From positions 54,065 through 93,931 of the forward strand of contig JBBDRO010000081.1 of NCBI GenBank assembly GCA_040905425.1: a stretch of 39,867 bases of DNA, given 5' to 3'. A program made the position numbers and the translations under genes. Positions 1 to 8,126 of the stretch are shown here, piece by piece. How positions within the stretch are numbered: position 1 is the stretch's first letter; every line of letters starts with the position of its first letter. This DNA is from Gemmatimonadota bacterium. Its GTDB lineage: Bacteria; Gemmatimonadota; Gemmatimonadetes; Longimicrobiales; RSA9. The notes below the pieces were generated by a model. That model was not told the DNA's origin and searched no databases. It saw nothing but the letters and a program-made list of their open reading frames with translations.

Positions 1-2685
1 GCCGCCGCCCGGGCCGCCGCCGGGGCCGCCGCCGCCGAACGTCTCCTCCCCGGAGATGAGCCCGGCCAGCCGGTCCACGGAAGCCGCCTCCATGCCTGCC
101 GCCTTCAGGGAGTCCGCCACGGTGGCGATGCGCGTTGCGTTCGCGATGCTGTCCTCACGCTCCCGCGGCGTCAGAGGCGGCGGGGGCTCCGGCCGGCTGC
201 GCAGGTTCCAGGTGACCGCCTGCAGCCCCTGGCCGCCGGGGCCGCGCAGGGTCTGCACCGTGTCCCCCCTGGCATCCAGGATGGCCAGGTCCAGCATCTC
301 ACCCGCCGAGGCCGGGAGCCAGTAGCGGATCATCGCGTCCGAGCCGGGCGCGGTGGCGCGGAAGAAGGCGTGCCCCGGATTGCCGCCGCCCACGGGAAAT
401 TCGCTATAGCGGGTGGCCGGCGCCGGTTCGAAGAGGGTGGCCTGGGCCACCACCGCCGGCCGGAACTGCTGCAGCGGCGCGATGTCCGCAATCCAGATGG
501 AGCGGCCGTGCGTACCCGCGATCAGCTCCCGCTCGCGCGGGTGGATCTCCAGATCGTGCACGGGCACCGTGGGCAGCCCGGTCATGAAGCGCTGCCAGTT
601 CTGGCCGCGGTCGATGGAGACGTAGACCCCCACGTCCGTGCCCACGAAGAGCAGGTCGGGGTTGATGAGGTCCTCCTTGACCACATGCACGTAGTCGATG
701 CCGCCGTGCGGCAGCCCGCCCGCGATGCTCCGGAAGCTCCGCCCACCGTCAGTGGTCACGAACACGTACGGCGTGAAGTCCCCGGTGCGGTGGTTGTCGA
801 AGCTCACGTAGAAACGGTTCGCGTCGTGGTTCGACGGCGCGATGCGGCTCACGTAGGTGGAGTCGGGCACGCCCGGGAAGCGGTCCGTAAGCTCCGTCCA
901 GCTGCCGCCCTCGTCCTGCGTCATCCACACGTTGCCGTCGTCCGTGCCGGCGTAGAGCCAGCCCCGGCGGAGCGGGGACTCGGCCAGCGCCGTGATGGTG
1001 CCGTAGGTCTCCGCGCCGGTGGCGTCCCGCGTCACGCCGCCCGTCTCGCGCCGGGAGATCTCGATCTTGCGCTCGTCCTGCTTGGAGAGGTCCTCCGAGA
1101 TGGCCACCACCTCATCGCGATCGCTCATCTTGATGACCACGTTGCCGGCCGCGTAGAAGACGTCCGGGTCGTGGGCCGAAATGAAGAAGGGCGTGTTCCA
1201 GTTCCAGCGCGTGCCCTGCGGCTTGCTGATACCGCCCCGCTCGCCGGTGCGCAGGTTGCGCCAGGACATGCTGCCGCCCTGCGACTCGACGTAGATCAGG
1301 TCGTGGTCACGCGGATCCTGGGCGGAGACAAAGCCGTCACCGCCGCCCACGTTGTACCAGTGGAAGTTGTGGATGCCGCCGGAGGCACGGCTGGGGCCGC
1401 ACCAGGTGCCGTTGTCCTGCAGCCCGCCGCACACGCGGTAGGGCACGTCCATGTTGAAGCTCACATCGTAGAACTGGCCCACATTGATGGTGTTCGGGAA
1501 GAGCCAGTTGCCGCCGCGATCGAAGGAGATGCCGATACCGCCGTCGTTGCCCACGATGACACGCTCGGGGTCCCTGGGGTCGATCCACATGGCGTGATGG
1601 TCCACGTGCAGGCCCTGCGTGGTGTTGCCCACGCTGGCACCGCCGTCGGGCGACCAGTTCACGGGCGTCGAGGACCAGTAGACGCGGTTTTCGTCGGCCG
1701 GGTCCACGCGCACCTGCGAGTAGTAGAAGGGCCGCACGTTGTTGGGCGCCTTCCACTCCCAGGTGCGGCCGCCGTCCGCCGAGCGGTAGAGCCCGCACCC
1801 GCCGGGCTTGGCGGCGCGGCAGCCCTCACCATTGGGGTCCTCGGGGTCCTGCGCCTCCACCAGGGCGTAGATGACGTCCGGGTTGCTGAGCGCCATGGCC
1901 AGGCCGATGCGCCCCTTCTCGGTGGCCGGGAAGCCGCCGCCCGTAACCTCCGTCCAGGTGCGGCCGGCGTCCGTGGTCTTCCACAGCGCGCTGCCCGGGC
2001 CGCCGCTCTTGAGGAAATAGGGCCCACGCACGCGCTCCCAGCTGGCGGCGAAGAGCACGTCCGGGTTACGCGGATCCATTACCACGTCGATGAAGCCGGC
2101 CCGGTCGCTGATGAACTTCACCAGCTCCCAGCTGCGCCCGCCGTTCGTGGTCTTGTAGAGGCCGCGCTCGGGGTTGTGGTTCCAGATGGCGCCGGAGGCC
2201 GCCACGTAGACGATGTCCGGGTTGGTCGGGTGCACCACGATCCGGCCGATGGTCCCCGTCTGCTCCAGACCCATGAGCGTCCAGTTGAGGCCGCCGTCGG
2301 TGGACTTGTAGATGCCCCCCGCCTGCGAGATGGAATTGCGGGTGTCCTCCTCCCCCGTGCCCGCCCAGATGATCTCCGGGTTGCTGGGCGCAATGGCCAG
2401 ATCCCCCATGGCGATCACCTTCTCGTTCGTGAAGAGCGGGCGGAACGTGACGCCGTTGTTGGTGGTCTTCCAGATGCCGCCTGCGGCAGTGGCCACGTAG
2501 AACGTCTTGGAGGGACTGGGAATCCCCTCCACGTCCGTGACACGGCCGGTCATGTTTGCGGGGCCGATGGGCCGCCACTCCAGGGCTTCGATGACCTCGG
2601 CGGGCAGGGTCCCGGGCGCCTGGGCGTACAGGGGCAGCGCTACCAGCGCTGCGGCCACGGTGGGCATCACGCGTACCAGCTTCAT
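1..2685 (-). CDS. Secreted VPS10/sortilin-like BNR (Asp-box) repeat beta-propeller protein, often annotated 'glycosyl hydrolase'; partial, runs off the left edge
   Basis: Not in the ORF track because it has no stop in the window. Manual translation from ATG 2685: MKLVRVMPTVAAALVALPLYAQ (signal peptide), WRPIGPANMTGRV, Asp-boxes KTTNNGVTF, KSTDGGLNW, KTTNGGRSW, KTTDAGRTW. Frame is open in the segments translated and ends in Gly-rich FGGGGPGGGPGGG at position 1. Confidence 0.9.
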   Translation of the reverse strand, partial: MKLVRVMPTVAAALVALPLYAQAPGTLPAEVIEALEWRPIGPANMTGRVTDVEGIPSPSKTFYVATAAGGIWKTTNNGVTFRPLFTNEKVIAMGDLAIAPSNPEIIWAGTGEEDTRNSISQAGGIYKSTDGGLNWTLMGLEQTGTIGRIVVHPTNPDIVYVAASGAIWNHNPERGLYKTTNGGRSWELVKFISDRAGFIDVVMDPRNPDVLFAASWERVRGPYFLKSGGPGSALWKTTDAGRTWTEVTGGGFPATEKGRIGLAMALSNPDVIYALVEAQDPEDPNGEGCRAAKPGGCGLYRSADGGRTWEWKAPNNVRPFYYSQVRVDPADENRVYWSSTPVNWSPDGGASVGNTTQGLHVDHHAMWIDPRDPERVIVGNDGGIGISFDRGGNWLFPNTINVGQFYDVSFNMDVPYRVCGGLQDNGTWCGPSRASGGIHNFHWYNVGGGDGFVSAQDPRDHDLIYVESQGGSMSWRNLRTGERGGISKPQGTRWNWNTPFFISAHDPDVFYAAGNVVIKMSDRDEVVAISEDLSKQDERKIEISRRETGGVTRDATGAETYGTITALAESPLRRGWLYAGTDDGNVWMTQDEGGSWTELTDRFPGVPDSTYVSRIAPSNHDANRFYVSFDNHRTGDFTPYVFVTTDGGRSFRSIAGGLPHGGIDYVHVVKEDLINPDLLFVGTDVGVYVSIDRGQNWQRFMTGLPTVPVHDLEIHPRERELIAGTHGRSIWIADIAPLQQFRPAVVAQATLFEPAPATRYSEFPVGGGNPGHAFFRATAPGSDAMIRYWLPASAGEMLDLAILDARGDTVQTLRGPGGQGLQAVTWNLRSRPEPPPPLTPREREDSIANATRIATVADSLKAAGMEAASVDRLAGLISGEETFGGGGPGGGPGGG

Positions 2686-2944
2686 TGCGGCCTCGACTTG
2701 AGGTGAGTGTACGGTAGATGAAGAGATGGACGCCGCAGGCCGCTGGAGTGTTGAACAACGGGCCGGTGAGATGACGGGCGTCGTCGCTTCACAAGGCCGT
2801 TGGGCTTTCCCCACGAGGCGTCCGGCGGCATATTATGCAGTCCGGTATACCGAGCCCCTCCGACCGCGATCGCGCGGCCCCGGCCCGGTTCCGCCGGGCG
2901 ATCCCCGGTACCCCAAGGCGTTCCTCGAGCCAGGCACGGCACTC

Positions 2945-5857
2945 ATGCGCTGCACTCCACTGCTGCTGGCGGCCGCTCTCGCGGCGGCCAACCTGCCCAC
3001 CGCCCTGTCCGCACAGGCGCCGGCCGAAAAGCCGCCGCTCACCCACGACAGCTACGACATCTGGAACCGCATAACCACGTCGGCGCTCTCGGATGACGGC
3101 CAGTGGCTGCTCTACGGACAGAGCTCCGAGGAGGCCGACCCGGTGGTCTTCGTGAAGTCGGTGCGCGGCGCCACGGAGCACGAGCTGGCGCGTGCCACGG
3201 GCCCTTCCTTCACGGAGGACAACCGCTTCGTGGTCTTTACCATCCGACCGGCCAAGGCGGTGGTGGACAGCCTGGAGGCGGCGGACACGGACGATGATGA
3301 CATGCCCTCGGACACCCTGGGCATCCTGGACCTGCGTTCCGGGCAGGTGGTCACGCGCGTACCGGACCTCCGCTCCTTCCGCACCCCCGCCGAGGCGGGC
3401 GGCTGGGTGGCGTACCACCTGGAGGCGGCGGACGGGCAGGAGGACGAGGAGGAGGAGCCGGATTCGGCCGCCGCGGGCGAACGCGGCGAGCGCGGTGAGC
3501 GCCCCGAGCGTGAGCCCCGCGCCAAGCGCCGCACGGCCGGCACCGAGTTGGTGCTCCGCAACCTGGACAGCGGTCAGGAGCGGCGCATCGGTGACGTCAC
3601 CAGCTACACGTTCACGGAGGACGGCGGGCGGCTGGTCTACACCCGCACCAACGAGGCGGGGGACGCGGACGGCGTCTACGTCATGGCCACCGGATCGGGG
3701 GACATCACCACCCTGAAGGCCGGCAAGGGCCACTACAAGCAGGTCACCATCGCCGAGGATCAGCGCCAGGTGGCCTTCGTGAGCAACGCGGACGACTTCG
3801 CGTCGGAGCTGCCGCTCTACACGCTCTACCACTGGGACGGCAGCGCCCCGACGGCGCGGGCGGCGGTGCAGCCCACCGGCGCCGGCATCCCCGAGGGCTG
3901 GGCCGTGGCGGACCGGGCCTCCCTCCGCTTTTCGGACAACGGCGAGCGCCTCTTCTTCGGCACGGCTGCCGCGCCCGAGCCCGAGGTGGAGGACAGCACG
4001 CCGGATGACGAGAAGGTGGAGCTGGACGTGTGGAACTGGAAGGACCCGCTCCTGCAGCCCATGCAGCTGGTGCAGGCCGAGCGGGAGCGCAACCGCACCT
4101 ACGACGCGGTTCTCCACATCCGCGACGGCCGCACGGTGCAGCTGGCCACCCAGGACATGCCGGACATCACGCTGCCCAATGACGGGGACGGCGCGGTGAT
4201 CATCGGCCGCTCCTCGCTGCCCTACCGGCAGGCCGTTTCCTGGGACGGCACGTACTACGACATCTACACCGTGGACCCCGCCACCGGGGAGCGGGAGCTG
4301 ATCCTGGAGGAGTTTGGCAGCTCGGCGTCCATCTCCCCGGACGAGCGCTACCTCTACTGGTGGGACGAGCTCCAGCTGGCCTGGTTTGCCCGCCCGCTGG
4401 ACGGCGGCGCGGCGCGCAACATCACCGCCGCCCTGCCCCACCCGGTGCACAACGAGCTGCACGACGCGCCCAGCGAGCCGGGCTCCTACGGCATGGGCGG
4501 CTGGACGCAGGGTGACGCGCGCGTGCTCATCTACGACCGCTATGACGTCTGGGAGGTGGACCCGTCAGGCAGCGCCGCACCCCGCAACATCACGGAGGGC
4601 GTGGGCCGCGCCAATGACATCCGCTTCCGCGTGACCCGGCTGGACCGCGAGGAGGACTTCCTGGATCCCGACGCGCCGCTGCTGCTCAGCGCCTTCCACA
4701 TGCTCACCAAGCAGGACGGCTTCTACCGGGACCGGATCCGGGGCGATCAGCGGCCCGCGCGGCTCATCATGGAGGACGTCTCCTTCGGCAACCCCAGCAA
4801 GGCGGATGACGCCGACGTGCTGTTGATCACGCGCAGCACCTTCCAGGATTACCCGGACCTCTACATCACCGACCCGGACTTCCGCGCCTTTGAGCGGAAG
4901 AGTGCCGCCAACCCGCAGCAGGCGGAGTACCGGTGGGGGAGCGCAGAGACCGTGGAGTGGAATTCCGTCATGGGTGAGCCGCTCCAGGGCATCCTCTACA
5001 AGCCGGAGGGCTTCGATCCGTCGCAGCAGTACCCCATGATGGTCTACTTCTACGAGCGGCTCTCGGACGGTCTGCACCGTCACGTGACGCCCTCGGCGGG
5101 GGGCTCCTCGATCAACACGGCGTACTACGTCTCCAACGGGTACCTGGTCTTTCAGCCGGACATCCCCTATCGCATAGGCTACCCCGGGGAGAGCGCCATG
5201 AACGCCGTGGTGCCGGGCGTGCTCTCGCTCCTCGATGAGGGCTTCGTGGACCGCGACCGCATCGGCGTCCAGGGACACTCCTGGGGCGGCTACCAGATTG
5301 CCTACATGGTCACGAAGACCGATCTCTTCGCCGCCGCCGAGGCGGGCGCGCCCGTGGTCAACATGATCAGCGCGTACGGCGGCATCCGCTGGAGCTCCGG
5401 CATGAGCCGCATGTTCCAGTACGAGAAGACGCAGTCGCGCCTGGGCGGCACCCTCTGGGAGACGCCCATGCGCTTCATCGAGAACTCACCCATCTTCTGG
5501 GCCGACAAGGTGAACACGCCGGTCCTCATGCTGCACAATGACGAGGACGGGGCCGTGCCCTGGTACCAGGGGATCGAGTACTTCACGGCCCTCCGCCGGC
5601 TGAGCAAGCCCGTCTGGATGCTCAACTACAACGGCGAGGACCACGGCCTCCGGCAGGCGCAGAACCGGAAGGACTGGACCATCCGCATGGCCCAGTTCTT
5701 CGACCACTACCTGAAGGGCGCGCCCCCGCCGGTGTGGATGGAGTACGGCATCCCCGCCACGGAGAAGGGCGTGAACATGGGGCTGGAGCTGGTGGAGGGA
5801 CGGCCCACCATCATCAGCGAACAGGGCGGTCGAGGCGGCCAGAGCGGCGGCCACTGA
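2945..5857 (+). CDS. Secreted S9 family (prolyl oligopeptidase/acylaminoacyl peptidase-like) serine peptidase
   Basis: Signal peptide MRCTPLLLAAALAAANLPTALSAQ; nucleophile motif GHSWGG; Asp in HNDEDGAV; His in GEDHGL. Start moved from 2726 to ATG 2945. Confidence 0.93.
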   Translation: MRCTPLLLAAALAAANLPTALSAQAPAEKPPLTHDSYDIWNRITTSALSDDGQWLLYGQSSEEADPVVFVKSVRGATEHELARATGPSFTEDNRFVVFTIRPAKAVVDSLEAADTDDDDMPSDTLGILDLRSGQVVTRVPDLRSFRTPAEAGGWVAYHLEAADGQEDEEEEPDSAAAGERGERGERPEREPRAKRRTAGTELVLRNLDSGQERRIGDVTSYTFTEDGGRLVYTRTNEAGDADGVYVMATGSGDITTLKAGKGHYKQVTIAEDQRQVAFVSNADDFASELPLYTLYHWDGSAPTARAAVQPTGAGIPEGWAVADRASLRFSDNGERLFFGTAAAPEPEVEDSTPDDEKVELDVWNWKDPLLQPMQLVQAERERNRTYDAVLHIRDGRTVQLATQDMPDITLPNDGDGAVIIGRSSLPYRQAVSWDGTYYDIYTVDPATGERELILEEFGSSASISPDERYLYWWDELQLAWFARPLDGGAARNITAALPHPVHNELHDAPSEPGSYGMGGWTQGDARVLIYDRYDVWEVDPSGSAAPRNITEGVGRANDIRFRVTRLDREEDFLDPDAPLLLSAFHMLTKQDGFYRDRIRGDQRPARLIMEDVSFGNPSKADDADVLLITRSTFQDYPDLYITDPDFRAFERKSAANPQQAEYRWGSAETVEWNSVMGEPLQGILYKPEGFDPSQQYPMMVYFYERLSDGLHRHVTPSAGGSSINTAYYVSNGYLVFQPDIPYRIGYPGESAMNAVVPGVLSLLDEGFVDRDRIGVQGHSWGGYQIAYMVTKTDLFAAAEAGAPVVNMISAYGGIRWSSGMSRMFQYEKTQSRLGGTLWETPMRFIENSPIFWADKVNTPVLMLHNDEDGAVPWYQGIEYFTALRRLSKPVWMLNYNGEDHGLRQAQNRKDWTIRMAQFFDHYLKGAPPPVWMEYGIPATEKGVNMGLELVEGRPTIISEQGGRGGQSGGH

Positions 5858-5909
5858 ACATCCCCTAAGCGACGTCGGGGCCTCCGGGTCCCGCGCGCAC
5901 GCTTTCTTC

Positions 5910-5943
5910 GAGCCCCGGGCCGGCTGCGCTGGCCCGGGGCTTC
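5910..5943. terminator. GC-rich stem-loop between convergent genes, probable terminator
   Basis: agccccgggcc (5911-5921) and ggcccggggct (5931-5941) form a perfect 11-bp inverted repeat. The U-tract is weak. Confidence 0.5.
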
Positions 5944-5958
5944 GTCGTGCACGCAGCT

Positions 5959-6301
5959 TCAGCGCGTCCGACGATGCCAGTACAGGTAGAGGGGCACACC
6001 CGTCAGCGTCAGCAGAATCCCCACCATGGTCGGCTGGAACGCATATACGATGGAGTTGACCAGGTACCATGCGAAGACCAGCAGGTAGAGCACCGGCGTC
6101 AGGGGATAGCCCCACACCCGGAAGGGGCGGTGCAGATGCGGCTCGCGCCACGATCATGGCCGTAGCGAAGGCGCCCAGCGTGGCCGCCGGCGCGCGATCG
6201 TCGGGCAGGAGCGGCGCCAGCGCCCCCGCGGTGGTGTCCGCCCCCGCAGGGCGTGCGCGACGCCCGGAGCTTTCGCACAGTCCGCCGCGTGGTTGAGCCA
6301 A
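5959..6301 (-). pseudogene. Internally deleted APC-family amino acid permease remnant
   Basis: 6150->5959 translates WREPHLHRPFRVWGYPLTPVLYLLVFAWYLVNSIVYAFQPTMVGILLTLTGVPLYLYWHRRTR*, a typical APC permease C-terminus, with an in-frame TGA two codons upstream (6154-6156). It abuts, in another frame, TLGAFATAMIVA (6181->6146), which resembles the APC N-terminal lead-in to TM1. The 5' end is uncertain. Confidence 0.75.
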
Positions 6302-6324
6302 AATACTTTATACAATATTTTGGC
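6297..6324. promoter_or_regulatory. AT-rich palindrome, probable operator/promoter element
   Basis: gccaaaata-ctttatacaa-tattttggc: perfect 9-bp inverted repeat around a 10-bp core, unusually AT-rich for this DNA, between divergent units. Confidence 0.5.
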
Positions 6325-6526
6325 GGCAGGCCGGGCCGGACCCAGCGTCTCTGCCGAGTGTTCCAGCACCTACCTTCCGGCGCTCGTGGAAGAATTCGGC
6401 CGGCCGGGCCTACCCCGCGCCAAGCCCTACACGAGCGCATCGCGCGATGCTCGGGACACGGCCCGCTCGGCTCGACCCTGCAGCATCCACGCTGCGGTGC
6501 TCCGCCGGAACGCTTAGGTTGAACCG

Positions 6527-7246
6527 ATGGGCTTCAGAACGCGCCTCCGGGAGCGCTTCCACGAGCGGCGCGCGGCACTCTTCATCGCGCTACTGGCGCC
6601 TCGGCCCGGCGCGCGGCTGTTGGACCTGGGCGGTGGGGATGGGTCCCTGGCGGCGCGCATCCGTGAGCGCGTGCCACTCGAGGTTACGGTGGCCGACGTG
6701 CGCGCCGACAACCGGGAGGCGTGCCTGGCGCGCGGCTTCGAGCATGTGCTCGTGGGCCAGGGGCCGCTGCCGTTCGAAGCCAACGCCTACGATTTCGTCC
6801 TCTGCAATTCCGTCATCGAGCATGTCACGCTGCCCGCCGCGGAGTGCCGCGTGGACCGCCCCGTGGCATCGGCCGACTGGGCCGCCCGCGCGCGGGCGGC
6901 CCAGCGGACCTTCGCGGCGGAGATCGAGCGGGTGGGCCGCGCCTTCTTCGTGCAGACGCCCGACCGGCGCTTCCCCATCGACCAGCACCTGCACCTGCCG
7001 CTCACCAACTTCCTGGCCCACGAGAGCCTCTGTCGGGTGGTCCGGGTGACTGACCGTTTCTGGGTGCAGACCTCGAGTGGCGCGGTGGACTGGGAGCTGC
7101 TCACCCCGGGTGACATGCGGCACCTGTTTCCCGACGCACACATCACCGTCGAGCGCTTTCTCGGCCTGCCCAAGTCCATCGTGGCGTGGCGGCCGCTCAG
7201 CGCAGGCGGAGGAGCGCCGAAACGCTTGCGGCCACCGGCGCGGTGA
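6527..7246 (+). CDS. Class I SAM-dependent methyltransferase
   Basis: Motif I LLDLGGGDG, acidic VTVADV, YDFVLCNSVIEHV, QTP..RFPI segment. Confidence 0.85.
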   Translation: MGFRTRLRERFHERRAALFIALLAPRPGARLLDLGGGDGSLAARIRERVPLEVTVADVRADNREACLARGFEHVLVGQGPLPFEANAYDFVLCNSVIEHVTLPAAECRVDRPVASADWAARARAAQRTFAAEIERVGRAFFVQTPDRRFPIDQHLHLPLTNFLAHESLCRVVRVTDRFWVQTSSGAVDWELLTPGDMRHLFPDAHITVERFLGLPKSIVAWRPLSAGGGAPKRLRPPAR

Positions 7247-7249
7247 GCG

Positions 7250-8086
7250 TCAGCGCCGCTCGCGCGGCACCACGCTCCGCTCCGCCAGATCGTATACCGT
7301 GCCCGGCCCCAGCAGCGTGAAGCGCCCGGGCGCCTCCGCGAGCGCCGCCGGGTCGTAGATGGCCACGTAGCTCTGACCGACCACCTCGAAGCGGTCGCCG
7401 GTGACCACGATGCCGGTGTTCTCGTCCAGGCCGATGCCCAGGAGTTCGGGGTGGGCCTCGATGACCTCCAGCATGTCGAACTGGCGGTTGCGCGCCAGCA
7501 GGTGCTGGTCGATGCCCACGCCGCGGATGAAGCCCAGGCCCTCCTGGTGATCGCCCATCATGACGGTGTTGCCGCGGGTGTCACCGCGCACCATGAAGTC
7601 GGCCTGGATGGAGGCGCCGGCGGAGGACCCGCCGATCACGCCCCCGCGGCGGAGCACCTGGCGGAAGGCCTCGTGCGTGCGGGTGTTCAGGTAGCTGTCC
7701 GCCAGCCGCCACTGCCTGCCGCCGGCGAACCAGACGCCCGTGGCGTCGGCCAGCGGCGCCGCGAATTCGGGCGTATCGGCCACCTTGGGATCCGTCGTGT
7801 GCAGGATGGTCACCTGCGCGCCGGCCTCGCGGAACGGCGCGGCCCCGCCCCAGTCCTGCTCGTAGGTGTCGGCCCCACCGGCCGTGGGCACCACCACGAT
7901 GCGCGCCTCACCCGGACCGCCGGCTAGCGCGATGAAGCGGTTCACGATGGCCGTGTCCCGCATGGCGCCGCCCACGATGACCAGGGCGCCCGTCTCCGGG
8001 CCGTGCCGCTGGGCCGCCGCGGGCGCGGCCAGCAGGAGGAGCAGGGAGGTGCCGGCCAGCAGCGGCCGGAGGGAGCGAGACAGCAT
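7250..8086 (-). CDS. Secreted cyanophycinase-like peptidase (S51 family)
   Basis: LVIVGGA, VVVPTAG, WFAGGRQ, nucleophile GGSSAGA, IDQH, GLDENT; signal peptide; GGAGG RBS upstream. Confidence 0.88.
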   Translation of the reverse strand: MLSRSLRPLLAGTSLLLLLAAPAAAQRHGPETGALVIVGGAMRDTAIVNRFIALAGGPGEARIVVVPTAGGADTYEQDWGGAAPFREAGAQVTILHTTDPKVADTPEFAAPLADATGVWFAGGRQWRLADSYLNTRTHEAFRQVLRRGGVIGGSSAGASIQADFMVRGDTRGNTVMMGDHQEGLGFIRGVGIDQHLLARNRQFDMLEVIEAHPELLGIGLDENTGIVVTGDRFEVVGQSYVAIYDPAALAEAPGRFTLLGPGTVYDLAERSVVPRERR

Positions 8087-8126
8087 GGCGGTCCTCCAGG
8101 ATGATGACGTGCGTGCGGTGAGCCGG

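Noticed and set aside
370..2706. 778-aa plus-strand ORF
   Set aside because: Antisense shadow of the minus-strand VPS10/BNR gene; no recognisable motifs. Long shadow ORFs are expected in high-GC DNA.
3476..3520. GERGERGERPERE repeat in the S9 peptidase
   Set aside because: Short degenerate linker repeat with synonymous variation; ordinary low-complexity loop.
5486..6301. 271-aa minus-strand ORF
   Set aside because: Only its first ~50 codons look real (permease N-terminus). The rest is out-of-frame run-through that overlaps the S9 gene.
6325..6526. Possible decayed gene fragment (YLPALVEEFG / QALHERIA in different frames)
   Set aside because: Looks vaguely coding but I cannot assign a family; needs BLASTx.
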